Source: a candidate division FCPU426 bacterium
GTDB lineage: Bacteria; Oederibacteriota; Muellerivitia; Muellerivitales; Muellerivitaceae
Reading direction: 5' to 3'
Assembly (NCBI GenBank): GCA_963847625.1
Contig: CAWKAR010000033.1
Coordinates: 74,449-138,448 of the forward strand
DNA length: 64,000 nucleotides
This document shows positions 1 through 10,606 of this stretch, one piece after another (positions within the stretch are counted from its first letter, which is position 1; each line of letters begins with the position of its first letter). A model generated the notes under the pieces. It saw only the letters and a list, made by a program, of their open reading frames with translations, searched no databases and was not told the DNA's origin. Both the position numbers and the translations under genes were made by a program.

Positions 1-1
1 C

Positions 2-685
2 CAACGACACCAGGTAGCCGTGATCGACCTCCAAAGCTTGAAAGTGCTCGCCAAGGTCCCGGCGGGCCATCTTCCCGACGGCATGGCCTATGTTCCCGAG
101 CTCCACCAACTTTTCGTTTCCGATGAGTTGGGGGGGGAAGTCACCGTCATCGATGTCTTGAAGAACAAGCGCGTCGATTCCATTAAATTGGGCGGACAGG
201 CGGGGAACACCCGCTATGACTCGAGTTCGCGCCTCATTTTCACACCGGTCCAGACCAAGAATGAACTGGACGCCATCGATCCACAGACCCGGAAAATCAT
301 CGCGCGCTATCCCATCTACAGCGGCAAACATCCCCATGGGCTGTGGATTGATACCAATTCCCATTTGGCGTTTCTGGGCTGTGACAAGGACAGCAAGCTG
401 GTGGTTTTTGACCTTCAAAGCCGCCTGGAGACCGCCGTCTCCGACGTTGGTAAGGACCCCGACGTCCTGACTTTTGATTCCCAACAGGGGTACCTCTATG
501 TGGCCTCTGAGGCGGGAAAGGCCTCGGTTTTCCGTGTCCGGGACCGGAAGATCAAGAAGGTCGGTGATTTCGAAGTGGGGAACAAGGCCCATACCGTCGA
601 AGTGAACCCCCAGACGCACGAACTTTATTTCCCTTTGACGGTGGATAAAAAGCCGGTTCTGCGCGTCATGAAGCCCAATTTATAG
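2..685 (+). CDS. YVTN-family beta-propeller repeat protein; 5' end truncated by the window edge (reading frame is open back to position 2)
   Basis: About 40-residue repeats (GMAYVP..LFVSD, GKHPHGLWID.., GYLYVASEAG) typical of YVTN/WD-like propellers. No in-frame stop between nt 2 and the first ATG at 20. Confidence 0.6.
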   Translation, partial: QRHQVAVIDLQSLKVLAKVPAGHLPDGMAYVPELHQLFVSDELGGEVTVIDVLKNKRVDSIKLGGQAGNTRYDSSSRLIFTPVQTKNELDAIDPQTRKIIARYPIYSGKHPHGLWIDTNSHLAFLGCDKDSKLVVFDLQSRLETAVSDVGKDPDVLTFDSQQGYLYVASEAGKASVFRVRDRKIKKVGDFEVGNKAHTVEVNPQTHELYFPLTVDKKPVLRVMKPNL

Positions 686-697
686 GAACTTATTGGC

Positions 698-1567
698 TCA
701 AACCGGGAAGAGGCTGTCGTAGGAACGGATTTTGGCGATGACCTCGTCGATGAGGTAGTCGGGGGTGGATGCCCCCGCGGTGATTCCTGCTTTTAACTTC
801 CCCTGAAACCATTTCGAATCCAGTTCCTGGGCCGTCTCGATGTGGTAAGTCGCGTTGGGAAGGAAGGCCTGGCAAGTGTCGGCCAGTTTGTGGGTGTTGG
901 AAGAATTGCGGCCCCCGATGACGATCATAATTTCCACCTGCTTGGAAAGGGCCGCGGCGGCGGTTTGGCGGTCCTTGGTGGGCTTGCAGATGGTATCCAC
1001 TGCCACGACCTCGGCGCAGCGTTCCTTGAGCTTTTCGACGAATTTCGCGAATTTTTCCATCAATAAGGTGCTTTGAGTGATGACCCCGACCCGGGAACCT
1101 TCCGGGACTTTAACGATATCCGCCTCCTCGTAAATGATGATGGCGTCCTTCATGCGGCTGGCGATGCCCTTGACTTCTACGTGCTTAGGATCGCCGATGA
1201 TGACGATCCTAAGGCCTTTCTCCTGGAGCTTGTGGCCCTCGTTGTAAATGCGCGTCACCAGGGGGCAAGTGGTGTCGATGATATCCAAGCCCCTTTCCTT
1301 GATCTTGCCCAGGACGTTGATATCCAGGCCGTGCGCGGTGATGACTACGCGGTTGTCCTGAACATCGTCCAGCGAGGTCACGATCTTCTTATTGAGCGCG
1401 GCCAAACGGGCCACTTCCTGGGGGTTGTGGATCAGGGAACCGAAAATGAAGGCCTTGTCCATGGACTCGGCCTTTTCGATGGCGCGTTTCACCCCGAAAC
1501 AGAAACCGGCGGCGTTGGCGACCAGGATTTCACGGTTCATTACGACCCCAAAGCCGCTGTCAGCCAT
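698..1567 (-). CDS. ispH: 4-hydroxy-3-methylbut-2-enyl diphosphate reductase (IspH/LytB)
   Basis: Full-length LytB-like translation (AAGFCFGVKRAIE.., ITAHGL.., TTCPLVT.., ITQSTL.., IVIGGRNSSNT). The true start is probably the internal ATG at 1540 (MNREIL..). Confidence 0.9.
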   Translation of the reverse strand: MADSGFGVVMNREILVANAAGFCFGVKRAIEKAESMDKAFIFGSLIHNPQEVARLAALNKKIVTSLDDVQDNRVVITAHGLDINVLGKIKERGLDIIDTTCPLVTRIYNEGHKLQEKGLRIVIIGDPKHVEVKGIASRMKDAIIIYEEADIVKVPEGSRVGVITQSTLLMEKFAKFVEKLKERCAEVVAVDTICKPTKDRQTAAAALSKQVEIMIVIGGRNSSNTHKLADTCQAFLPNATYHIETAQELDSKWFQGKLKAGITAGASTPDYLIDEVIAKIRSYDSLFPV

Positions 1568-1675
1568 TAGTGGAGGGCTGCCAGCTGGATTTTGACTGCA
1601 AGTCCTTCAAAGGACGTTGATTATATATAATGCTTCCGGTGAAATAAAACCCAGACCCCCCCAAAGGAATAATCA

Positions 1676-4600
1676 GTGCGTTTTTCCCTCTATTTAGGCC
1701 CCTACCAGCCGTTCCTGGAGGAAGAACTCTTCGCCCGCGTCCGGGATCTTCGCTCTTCCGACCCCTTTTCACCCCTGGTGGTTTTGGTCCCAAACCGGCT
1801 TCTGGTGCGGCATTTGCGGGAGACCTTAGCCCGAAAGCACCAATGGGTCTTCAACATCCGTTTCCTCACCTTCCACCAATACCTCCTGGAGCGGATGGAG
1901 GATAAGTGGATGGTGGAAGGTTTCCGCGTGCTGCCCGAAGCCCTGGTGCCATGGGTCTTGAAGGAAAGGTCCAGGGCATCGCGGAAAACCGAGGGCCCTT
2001 TCGCGGCCGTGGAAAAGACTCCCGGGTTTTACAAGGCTCTCCGGACCACCCTTTCGGAACTCCAGCAGGGTTTTTTCAATCCCTTGTCCCTGAAGGAATC
2101 GGCGAAAAGGCTGTCGAGAGCCAAGGACCGCCAGCGCCTGTCGGCGAAGTTGAAGGAATTCTCCCTGTTGTTGGAATCCTACGAAACCTGGAAAAAGAAG
2201 GAAAAATGGAAGGATCTGGACGACCTCTACGTTGAAGCCTTGGATTTACCTCCCGCCCCGACACCCCTTTGGATTTACGGTTTTTACGATGCTTCTGTTC
2301 TCCAGCAAAAAGCGCTGAGGCACCTTTGTTCAGCCCAGGAAAGCAATTGGTTTATCCCCTACGAGGACCAGCCCGCTTTCGAGTACGCTAAGCCATTCCT
2401 GGAATGGGCCCAAGGGTTGGGGGAAGTAAAAAAGTTTGGAAATTGGAAAGGGGATAATGCGACACCGTTAAAAAGACTTCAGAAGAATATATTTGTTACT
2501 GAGGTTGCCACGCCGCAAACTTCGTCCTATCCGGACGAAGCTCCTCGCAATGACAACAGCTTTGAAAATTCGGATGTCAAAGTCCTTCTTTGCCCGGGCG
2601 AACCGCGTGAAATCCGGGAAGGAATCCGGACCCTGGTGTCTGAGGCGGAAAAACATGAAATCCCCTTTTCCCGCTGCGCGGTGGTATTCAGGCAGATGGA
2701 AAGCTATCGGCGGATGGTGGGCCCGTCTTTCTCGGCCCAGGGTGTGCCCCTTTCCAAGGAACCCACGGTTTTCCTCGTGGAAACCCCCGAAGGAAAGGCC
2801 GTGCTTCTTCTGCTCCAATGCTTCCAACAGGAATTTCCCCGCGATCTTTTATTCAACTTCCTATCCAGTCCTAACCTCAAGCCGGAGGGTTTCGAGCTGG
2901 GTCCGGACGGCTGGAATCCCCATTTGTGGGACAGGGTTTCCAAGGAAGCGGGGGTGGTGGAAGGGGAAAATGTCTGGCTGGACCATATCGACAGCTATCT
3001 TTACCGCCGGTCCCGTATTTCCGTGCCCGAGGAAGAGGAAATCTCAAAGGAAGAGGCGGAATCCCTCAAGGATTTCAAAAAGATCCTGAAAATACTGTTC
3101 ACAGCCCGCAAAAAATTCGAAAAGGAAAAAACTTGGGAAGGAAAATCCACGGTTCTCTTGTCCCAAGTGACGAGGCTTTTCCGGCTTTCGCGGGCCCAGG
3201 AACAATTGGAAGCAACCTTGAAGGGGATTCAAGCCTTGTCGCGCCTCTCCCTGACCGTGACCCGGGAGGATTTCACCTCGATTCTCCCGGAATTGCTGGC
3301 GGAACAAAAGGTTCCCGGGGAAAAATACGAGCCGGGTGGAGTGGAGGTTGCGGACCTGATGCAGGCCCGGGGCGTGTCTTTCGACGTGCTGGTTTTACCG
3401 GGGTTGGTGGAACAGGGTTTTCCCCGGGTGGCCCGCCAGGACCCGCTTCTTTTGGACGAGGAAAGGCGGATTCTCAATGGCTTGATGGAATCCACCGCCC
3501 GGATTCCAGAAAAAGCAGAGGGCAGACTGGAGGAAAAGCTCCTTTTCGCCCTGGCGGTCCGAAGCGCCCAAAAAACACTCGTGATCACCGTGCCCCATCT
3601 CGATCCTTCCACCGGGGGGCCGCGCATCCCTTCCCTTTATCTGTATGAGGCGGCCCAGGCCGTCACCGGAAAAAGGCAAATCCATTTGACCGAGGCGGGA
3701 ACCTTTGTGAAAAAAATCCCTGTGTCCGGTTGGATCCGGGAAAAGTGGAGCCAGTGCGCGGATGATCTGGAGCAGTTATTAAGCCGGTTCCAACTGGCCC
3801 GGAGGGGGGATCCTCTACCGGCCCTGGCCTACGTCTCGGAAAAGCCCTTTTACTTTAAGGCCCAAGAACTCCTCAAAAGCCGCCAGATGATACGTACCTT
3901 TACCCCATACGACGGCCTTTTCCAGGATCCCCGGGCTCTGGACGAACTTCAAAAAAGCCATTCCCTCCAGGACAAAACCGTATCAGCCTCCCGTTTGGAA
4001 ACCTTTGCCGCCTGTCCCATCCGATATTTCTTCAAGTATGTCTTAAGACTCAAAATCCATCCCGAGCCCGAAAGAATTTTCCAGTTGGAGGCCTCCGAAA
4101 AGGGGACCCTGATGCACGGCATATTGGAGGTCACCCTCACGCGGGGAATGAAGGAAGGCTGGTTCGACAAACGCGAGACCGAAAAGGGACTCAAGGTTCT
4201 AAGGGAGGAAACCCAAAAGGCCTTCGACCATTTCGAGAAGGAAGGCGTGCCGGGATCCCCCGCCCTTTGGGCCTGGAACCGCTTTTCCATGGCCCGGGAC
4301 CTGGAAAAGGCTTTCCAGGGCGTGATGGAAGACCGGGATTGGGTCCCCAAGGATTTTGAAAAGGGATTCGGTAAGAAGGACCAGGCCGAAGTTTTGTTCC
4401 CCACTTCCAAAGGGAATTTCCGGCTGGAAGGCTGGATGGACCGCGTGGATATTTCCTCCGACGGTAAGAGGTTGAGGGTCCTGGACTATAAAACCGGGAG
4501 CAGTACCTCGTTCAAGAAAGACGGTGTGCGAGAAGGCACGAAACTCCAAATGCCCCTCTATCTCTGGGCCTGCCGGAAACTTTATCCGGGAGTCGTCCCC

Positions 4601-4873
4601 GAAACGGCGGTCTTTGACTTTCTCACGTCCAAGGGGGGCTATCGGCGGGTTTCCTACGACGCTACCGACTGGAAAAAGGTAGAAGTACCCCTGGGAGTTG
4701 TCCTAGAAGCGGCGTCGGAGGCGGTTTCCCGTGGGCTTTTCCCGGCCGTGGCGAAGGCCTGCGACCAATGCGATTACCAGGCCCTTTGCGGGACGGGGCG
4801 GGAACGGCGGGCCGAGAGGAAGAAAGACGACGCCCGGGTAAAGGGCTATTACTGTCTGGAGGAACTTCCGTGA
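1676..4873 (+). CDS. addB: AddB-like PD-(D/E)XK helicase-nuclease subunit with C-terminal Fe-S cysteine cluster
   Basis: A 1065-aa ORF with a GTG start. The C-terminal nuclease motif (LDYKTG) and the Cys cluster (CP..., CDQCDYQALC) match AddB. It overlaps addA by GTGA. Confidence 0.8.
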   Translation: MRFSLYLGPYQPFLEEELFARVRDLRSSDPFSPLVVLVPNRLLVRHLRETLARKHQWVFNIRFLTFHQYLLERMEDKWMVEGFRVLPEALVPWVLKERSRASRKTEGPFAAVEKTPGFYKALRTTLSELQQGFFNPLSLKESAKRLSRAKDRQRLSAKLKEFSLLLESYETWKKKEKWKDLDDLYVEALDLPPAPTPLWIYGFYDASVLQQKALRHLCSAQESNWFIPYEDQPAFEYAKPFLEWAQGLGEVKKFGNWKGDNATPLKRLQKNIFVTEVATPQTSSYPDEAPRNDNSFENSDVKVLLCPGEPREIREGIRTLVSEAEKHEIPFSRCAVVFRQMESYRRMVGPSFSAQGVPLSKEPTVFLVETPEGKAVLLLLQCFQQEFPRDLLFNFLSSPNLKPEGFELGPDGWNPHLWDRVSKEAGVVEGENVWLDHIDSYLYRRSRISVPEEEEISKEEAESLKDFKKILKILFTARKKFEKEKTWEGKSTVLLSQVTRLFRLSRAQEQLEATLKGIQALSRLSLTVTREDFTSILPELLAEQKVPGEKYEPGGVEVADLMQARGVSFDVLVLPGLVEQGFPRVARQDPLLLDEERRILNGLMESTARIPEKAEGRLEEKLLFALAVRSAQKTLVITVPHLDPSTGGPRIPSLYLYEAAQAVTGKRQIHLTEAGTFVKKIPVSGWIREKWSQCADDLEQLLSRFQLARRGDPLPALAYVSEKPFYFKAQELLKSRQMIRTFTPYDGLFQDPRALDELQKSHSLQDKTVSASRLETFAACPIRYFFKYVLRLKIHPEPERIFQLEASEKGTLMHGILEVTLTRGMKEGWFDKRETEKGLKVLREETQKAFDHFEKEGVPGSPALWAWNRFSMARDLEKAFQGVMEDRDWVPKDFEKGFGKKDQAEVLFPTSKGNFRLEGWMDRVDISSDGKRLRVLDYKTGSSTSFKKDGVREGTKLQMPLYLWACRKLYPGVVPETAVFDFLTSKGGYRRVSYDATDWKKVEVPLGVVLEAASEAVSRGLFPAVAKACDQCDYQALCGTGRERRAERKKDDARVKGYYCLEELP

Positions 4874-7800
4874 TCAGCGACCAGACGGCCCGGGGCCGGG
4901 CGATTCAAGACCACGAAACCCTTTTCGCGGTGGATGCGGGCGCGGGCACGGGGAAAACCACGCTTTTAGTCTCCCGCCTGATCTCCCTGCTGGTGGAAAA
5001 AGAAGTTTCACTCGGGAAAATCGCCGCAATCACCTTCACCGAGAAGGCCGCCGCCGAATTGGTGGACCGGCTCCGTCAGAAATTGGAAAAGGAACTGGTT
5101 GAAAATCCCGCCAAAAAGGCCCTGATTCTTCAGGCCTTTCAAGACCTGGAAAGGGCCCCCATTTCCACCATCCATTCCTTCTGCGCCGCCCTCTTGCGGG
5201 AATACCCGGTGGAGGCGGGGGTGGACCCGCGCTTCACGATTCTGGACGATGTCCAAGCCGGGGCTTTCGAGTCCCAGGCCTGGGAAGACTGGCTGAAAAA
5301 ATCGCTCAACAAACCGGTGGGGTCTCTGTTCCATTTCCAAAGGTTGGGCGGGACCTTCGGGCACCTGGAGGAACTGAAAAGCTTCCTGAAACGAAACCAC
5401 TCCCTGTTGACTCCACCTGAAAGCCAAGCCTTGCCCGACAGCGCAGATTTCAGGCGAGCACTGAAAAAATTTCTCCAAAAGGTCCATCCATTGGCGTCTT
5501 CTTGCAAAGACTCCTCGGACGGACTTTTCGAAGCCCTTCAACAATTCCAGGGTGATTGCGCCTTCCTGGGCACAGTTTCGCCGGAAGAGATGGTTTTTGG
5601 GCTGGCGGTCCTGGAGATCCCCAAGACCGCAAAGAAGGGGAACCAGAAAAATTGGGACAAGACGGTTCTGGACAATATCCGGCGGGAATTTTCCCTGCTT
5701 TCCGGGGAGCATGAAATATTTTCCGCCGCCTTCAAGAACGCGGTGGTTTTAAACATCGTCCACTGGCTCTGGGATTACCTAAAGGAGTTCGAGGAGAAGA
5801 AAAACCGCCAGGGATTCCTGGACTTTGACGACCTGCTTATGAGGACCCGGAACCTTTTGAAAGACCATCCCGAAGCCCGGGAGGAATTGAAGAAGCGGCT
5901 CGATTATCTGCTGGTGGACGAGTTCCAGGATACGGATCCCCTGCAGGTGGAAATCGTCTTTTTCCTCGCGGAAAAAGAAGGAAAAAGCGAGACAAATTGG
6001 AAAAAGGTAAAGTTGAAACCCGGCAAACTTTTTCTGGTGGGGGACCCCAAGCAAAGCATTTACCGGTTCCGCAGGGCGGACGTGGAAATTTACGAGGAAA
6101 CCAAGAAACTGGTGACGGGTAACGGTGGGCGGGTGGAATTGCTCACGGAGAATTTCAGGACCGTGGGGAGCCTGGTCGACTGGGTCAATGCGAGATTCCC
6201 GTCCCTTTTCACAGGAACCCCCATCCAGTACAGCGCCCAAAACCCCAGCCGGAGGGAAAAAAGACCCCCAAAGGCCATTCCGCCACTTATTGGAATCCGG
6301 ATCGCCGTCCCGCCGGACGAGAAAACAGCCAAGGCTTCCTTGCGTCATCGGGAAGCGGAATGGACTGCGGCCTTCATCAGTGAAAAACTTCTCAAGGGCG
6401 GTTGGACCCTGTCGGACCCCAAGACCCACGAGTTGCGGCCGGTTGAGCCGGGGGACCTGGCGGTTCTTTTCCGGGATTTGTCCAACGAGAACGAGGAATT
6501 TTGGGAGGAAGCCTTCCGCAAGCGGAACCTGTCCTACCAGATCGTCGGGGGCAAACGGTTTTACAAGCGCCCCGAGATCGTAGCCCTTTCCACGCTCCTT
6601 AACTGCCTTTCCTCGCCCGCCGACGAGGCGGCCTGCGTGGCGGCCCTGAGAAGCTCTCTGTTCGGGTTTACGGACGAGAAAATCTTCCTGCACCGATCCT
6701 CCGGAGGCGTTTTTCAATTCCTAAAGCCGGCCCAGAAGGATATGGAAGAAGCTTTCAGTTTGTTACGCGATCTTTACGAGAAGACCCGCACTCTTTCGGT
6801 GTCGGAAACCTTGACCCAGTTCCTCGAAAAAACCAACCTGCTCGCGGTGGTGGCGGCCCAACCCCACGGGGAACAGCGGGTGGCCAACCTCCTCAAGGTC
6901 GTGGACCAAGCCCGTGAGTTGGAAACTTCCCAGCATTTCACCTATCGCGCTTTTACCCAATGGCTGGCGGCCCAGCAGGAAGACGAAACCATGGAAGGGG
7001 AGGCCCCGGGGCCCGACTCCTCGGAGAACCGCGTCACGCTCATGACCATCCACAAGGCCAAGGGCCTGGAATTTCCCGTGGTGATTGTCTCGGGAGCCGC
7101 CTCCGACAGCAAGGATTCGGGCAGCCTGCTGGAACGTAAGAATTCGGCCGGCGCCTATAAAGCGGGAAATATAGATTTGGGGCTGAGGACCTTGAACTAT
7201 GAAGGAGTCCGCTCCGAGGAGCAAATCCAGTGGGAAGCCGAAAATACACGCCTGCTTTATGTGGCCGCTACCCGGGCGATGGAATGCCTCATCCTGCCCT
7301 TTTTTCAGTTACCGATGGACTCCAGAATAAAATCGGAGGACCTCTTTCTCGCACCTTTACTGGCTGGCTTGGAAACCTCCCCTGCCCAGGGCTGGGTGGA
7401 TTTGAATCCCGGCGGAAAAATTTGGGTGGAAAACCCGGAGCCGGGGAAAGTTTCCCAGGAAGATCCTCCCGCTTTGGTGGTGGATTTGGACGAAAAACTT
7501 CTTAAAACCCCGGAAGCCAAAGTCGAAAAGGAAAAAATTTCTGCGCAGGAAGAGTCGCGAAGGCAAAAAATCCTAAAACTTGTGGGCATTCCGGAATTCC
7601 AATCGATTACTAGCAAACTTTCGGTGGATGAGGACAAGCAGGGACGCCAACGGGAAATCCTGGAGGAGGAAGAAACAAGGTTTTCTTCCCCCGGCGGGAA
7701 GGATTTCGGAAGCCTGGTCCACTTGCTCTTGGAAAAAGGCTGGGATTGGAACTCCGAAACCCTTTCCCGGGCGGCTCTTCTTTACGGCGAGAAGCTGGGT

Positions 7801-8148
7801 GTTTCCAAAGAGGAGGCGGAGGAAGCGGCGAAATTGGCCGAAAGAGCCGTAAAAAGCGATCTTCTTCAAAGGGCCAGAAAAGCAGACAGGGTTTTCCATG
7901 AATTACCTGTGACCGGCGCCCTTGAGAAGGGTAGCTTTCTCAACGCCGTCATCGACCTGGCTTTTCTGGAAGGGGACGAATGGGTGCTGGTGGATTACAA
8001 GACGGACCGGGACATGGAAAAAGAAAAGGACAAGTACCAAAAACAATTAGGGTATTACGCCACCCTTCTAACCAATATAACCGGGTACCCGGTTAAGGAA
8101 ACCTGGCTTTATTTTTTGCGGGATCCACAGGGCCCCCGGATCCTATAA
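4870..8148 (+). CDS. addA: AddA/UvrD-family ATP-dependent helicase with C-terminal PD-(D/E)XK nuclease
   Basis: Walker A (DAGAGTGKT), DExx (LLVDEFQDT), UvrD motif III (GDPKQSIYRFRRAD) and a C-terminal nuclease motif (VLVDYKTDR). A GTG at 4870 overlaps the addB stop (GTGA) with GGAGG 9 nt upstream. Confidence 0.85.
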   Translation: MISDQTARGRAIQDHETLFAVDAGAGTGKTTLLVSRLISLLVEKEVSLGKIAAITFTEKAAAELVDRLRQKLEKELVENPAKKALILQAFQDLERAPISTIHSFCAALLREYPVEAGVDPRFTILDDVQAGAFESQAWEDWLKKSLNKPVGSLFHFQRLGGTFGHLEELKSFLKRNHSLLTPPESQALPDSADFRRALKKFLQKVHPLASSCKDSSDGLFEALQQFQGDCAFLGTVSPEEMVFGLAVLEIPKTAKKGNQKNWDKTVLDNIRREFSLLSGEHEIFSAAFKNAVVLNIVHWLWDYLKEFEEKKNRQGFLDFDDLLMRTRNLLKDHPEAREELKKRLDYLLVDEFQDTDPLQVEIVFFLAEKEGKSETNWKKVKLKPGKLFLVGDPKQSIYRFRRADVEIYEETKKLVTGNGGRVELLTENFRTVGSLVDWVNARFPSLFTGTPIQYSAQNPSRREKRPPKAIPPLIGIRIAVPPDEKTAKASLRHREAEWTAAFISEKLLKGGWTLSDPKTHELRPVEPGDLAVLFRDLSNENEEFWEEAFRKRNLSYQIVGGKRFYKRPEIVALSTLLNCLSSPADEAACVAALRSSLFGFTDEKIFLHRSSGGVFQFLKPAQKDMEEAFSLLRDLYEKTRTLSVSETLTQFLEKTNLLAVVAAQPHGEQRVANLLKVVDQARELETSQHFTYRAFTQWLAAQQEDETMEGEAPGPDSSENRVTLMTIHKAKGLEFPVVIVSGAASDSKDSGSLLERKNSAGAYKAGNIDLGLRTLNYEGVRSEEQIQWEAENTRLLYVAATRAMECLILPFFQLPMDSRIKSEDLFLAPLLAGLETSPAQGWVDLNPGGKIWVENPEPGKVSQEDPPALVVDLDEKLLKTPEAKVEKEKISAQEESRRQKILKLVGIPEFQSITSKLSVDEDKQGRQREILEEEETRFSSPGGKDFGSLVHLLLEKGWDWNSETLSRAALLYGEKLGVSKEEAEEAAKLAERAVKSDLLQRARKADRVFHELPVTGALEKGSFLNAVIDLAFLEGDEWVLVDYKTDRDMEKEKDKYQKQLGYYATLLTNITGYPVKETWLYFLRDPQGPRIL

Positions 8149-8150
8149 AA

Positions 8151-10271
8151 CTAAGGGGAGGAAACATCCAACTCCCTGATTTCCTGAAGGAGCAAAGGGT
8201 TTCCGGGGGATTGAACAAGCGCTTTTTCGAACATCCGCCGGGCGTCAGACTTTTCACCTTCTGTGGCCAATAACCGGCCATATTTTTCACATAAAACCTC
8301 GTCCCGGTAACTCTTTCCAAAGGATTGTTGAAACAGATTGGAAAAAGTATGTCCATTCACCCAGGCGTCCTCCGGGTGGAAAGTCTTCTCCCAAGAATAA
8401 TTGAAAAGCAATTTCTCGAAAAACAGGGATTGGAGAAATGGATCGGGAGGGAGAGAGGGATAAAATTCTATCAACCTCGTCAAGATTTTCCGCCGGTTTT
8501 GACGGGATGGAATATCGATTATTTGCAAATTGATTTCTTGATTGAAGGCGTAAAAATCTTTCCAAGAGTTGAATAAGGGAACCAATTTGGGATTTAAAGA
8601 AAAAAAGCCCAGCGAATACCGGCTGGAGATTCCAGTTTGTCCAATCGGCAGATTCAACCAACGGCTTTGGGGAAATCGAGCGGAAAGAAAGGGAACGTAT
8701 TGCCTCTCAGTGAACAACGCCGCCCATTGGATCGACACATCTGGAAGTTTCGGATTCAAGGCGGCATTAAAGAAATAACTGCAGTAGGTTAATGAGTATT
8801 CCGGCGGATTAGTGACCATGTCGGAAAAAACGAAACCGGGGCCTTGTTCTTTAGAAGTCAAATTTAAGAAATCAAAGTAAGCCTTTTGCTCATTTTGGGA
8901 ATGCAAGTTGATGATCCCGGAGCGGCTGACATCGATGCAGGAGGAGAGAAGAATGAAGGCAATAAGGACCGGAATTCTTTTCCCGGGGTTTAAACTAAGA
9001 ATAAGGGCTTGGAGGCCAATGACGGTAAAAATAAGAAGTATGGGAAGAACGAGCAATATCCGGTGGAATTCGATATCGCGGGAAAGTATTCCCGGCAGCA
9101 GAAACAAAACAGCGGCCCCGCCTAAGAACCGGGAAACGGGTTCCCTACGGAATTTGTACAGTTCGACCAACCCCACGAAAAAACAGGAACTTAGGATTAC
9201 ATTCAGGAATCCGCCCCCGAAAGGCCGCCAGGTTCCTTCTGCAAGGCCTCCGAAGAAAAGACCCGAACCATAGCTGCCGATGAGGCGAACCTGCTTCATC
9301 CAATCAAAACCATTCATAAGGGAGTTATCCATAAGATAACCGCCATATTTTTCCGTCCGGATGGAATAAAGAAAAGGCAATAAAGAAAGGATGAAAAATA
9401 ATATAAATATAAAAGCGGCTCCGATATTATTTTTAAAGTCTTTCCATAGAATCCAACTCATGGTGACGAAAATCAGAAGAAATAAAACTGGCCAGGGGAA
9501 GAAAGTATAGGGACCTAATCCCAGAAACAAACCCAACCCGCAGGCCCAGTATTTCCGCTTTGAAGGACCGGATTTTAAGAATCGTCCCAAGAAATAAAGG
9601 ACGCCGAATTCCCAAAGCGGAAGCGTGATCCCCGGAAGAAAAACGTTGCTGATGGTGAGCAACCAGTAATGAAAAGCCATCAAGGCAATAAGAATAAAAG
9701 CGATTAAACGGGAAAAGTAAATTCGGGCTGCGTGGTACCCCGCCCAGAGTGTCAATATGGAAATAACCGCAGGCGGGATTTGGGTCCCTAAAAGAGGGGC
9801 GTGGGTTGTTTTTAAGACCAGATAACAAAGATAGCTTAAAGTGCTGGGTATCTGAGAAATATTGACGAATGGAATCCAACGCCAATGATTAAATAAGGCG
9901 ACGGCTTCGAGGGCATTCAAACTCTCATCCCCGCCCGGCCACCAGTCCGAACAGCCCAGTTTGTAGATCCTTAGAACAAGCGATGAGAGGAGAAAGACCA
10001 GCCAAATAGGTTGTAATATGGAAACACCTGTTAATTGGCTCTCTAAAACAAAGGAAGGTTTTTCATTGAGGGGAGGGGTACGGGAAAATTTTAGGAATAA
10101 GAAAAGCGGAACCATAAGACCCAACAGCAGGATGAAAAGCTTCGTGTTCATGGGCCATGAAAAGTATGTTAGAAGAATTTCAGCGATTAATACGACAAAA
10201 AAGAAAACCCATGGATGGTGTGAAAGATTCAAATCCTGAAAAAACGGGGTTTTTAAAGAATGATTTTTCAT
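8151..10271 (-). CDS. GT-C-fold membrane glycosyltransferase (PMT/ArnT-like, GT39/83-type) with C-terminal TPR-like repeats, paralog 1
   Basis: About 12 predicted TM helices. The first-loop motif is WWPGGDES followed by IPSTL, and the C-terminal soluble domain ends in TPR-like helices (ARRMFEKALVQSPGNP). Confidence 0.75.
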   Translation of the reverse strand: MKNHSLKTPFFQDLNLSHHPWVFFFVVLIAEILLTYFSWPMNTKLFILLLGLMVPLFLFLKFSRTPPLNEKPSFVLESQLTGVSILQPIWLVFLLSSLVLRIYKLGCSDWWPGGDESLNALEAVALFNHWRWIPFVNISQIPSTLSYLCYLVLKTTHAPLLGTQIPPAVISILTLWAGYHAARIYFSRLIAFILIALMAFHYWLLTISNVFLPGITLPLWEFGVLYFLGRFLKSGPSKRKYWACGLGLFLGLGPYTFFPWPVLFLLIFVTMSWILWKDFKNNIGAAFIFILFFILSLLPFLYSIRTEKYGGYLMDNSLMNGFDWMKQVRLIGSYGSGLFFGGLAEGTWRPFGGGFLNVILSSCFFVGLVELYKFRREPVSRFLGGAAVLFLLPGILSRDIEFHRILLVLPILLIFTVIGLQALILSLNPGKRIPVLIAFILLSSCIDVSRSGIINLHSQNEQKAYFDFLNLTSKEQGPGFVFSDMVTNPPEYSLTYCSYFFNAALNPKLPDVSIQWAALFTERQYVPFLSARFPQSRWLNLPIGQTGISSRYSLGFFSLNPKLVPLFNSWKDFYAFNQEINLQIIDIPSRQNRRKILTRLIEFYPSLPPDPFLQSLFFEKLLFNYSWEKTFHPEDAWVNGHTFSNLFQQSFGKSYRDEVLCEKYGRLLATEGEKSDARRMFEKALVQSPGNPLLLQEIRELDVSSP

Positions 10272-10278
10272 TATCGCC

Positions 10279-10494
10279 TCAGTGGAAAAGTGGAAAAGCC
10301 AGGCAGCCGATTGTAATCAACCGCCAATCGGCGGCCAGGAAAGGCGCGCCTATTCCAATCAAGGCCACCCATAATTTAAAAACCAAGGATGCCGGAGCGC
10401 AGTTAAGGAAAAGGCCGGAAAGTGTCCAAATAACCACCAAGAAAATAGGTGAAAGCCTATCGCCGGGTGTAAGGATCTTCTTATTCAATTTCAA
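10279..10494 (-). CDS. small two-TM membrane protein (71 aa) immediately upstream of GT-C paralog 1
   Basis: TTG start preceded by GGAGG with a 7-nt spacer. Hydrophobic translation. Its stop lies 7 nt before the GT-C start, which has a GAGG RBS. Confidence 0.4.
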   Translation of the reverse strand: MKLNKKILTPGDRLSPIFLVVIWTLSGLFLNCAPASLVFKLWVALIGIGAPFLAADWRLITIGCLAFPLFH

Positions 10495-10606
10495 GGATTT
10501 ACCTCCAGTGCTTTTAGAACCGGGGTGGCAGGCAATAAACCGGTTTTAGTAGACAATAGGAATTCTTTTTGCCTGCCGCCAAACCGCTATCAAGAAAATT
10601 CTCAAT

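Noticed and set aside
1073-1570. A 165-aa plus-strand ORF antisense to ispH. Similar alternate-frame ORFs lie at 2926..3648 within addB, 29320..29985 within hpnE and 13464..13940 at the 5' end of the 513-aa GT-C gene
   Set aside because: They overlap well-supported genes, have biased Gly/Arg/Asp composition and carry no motifs.
5008-6717. Minus-strand ORFs of 234 aa and 312 aa inside addA
   Set aside because: They are antisense to a helicase gene with clear Walker A, DExx and UvrD motifs. Open antisense frames are typical of high-GC coding regions.
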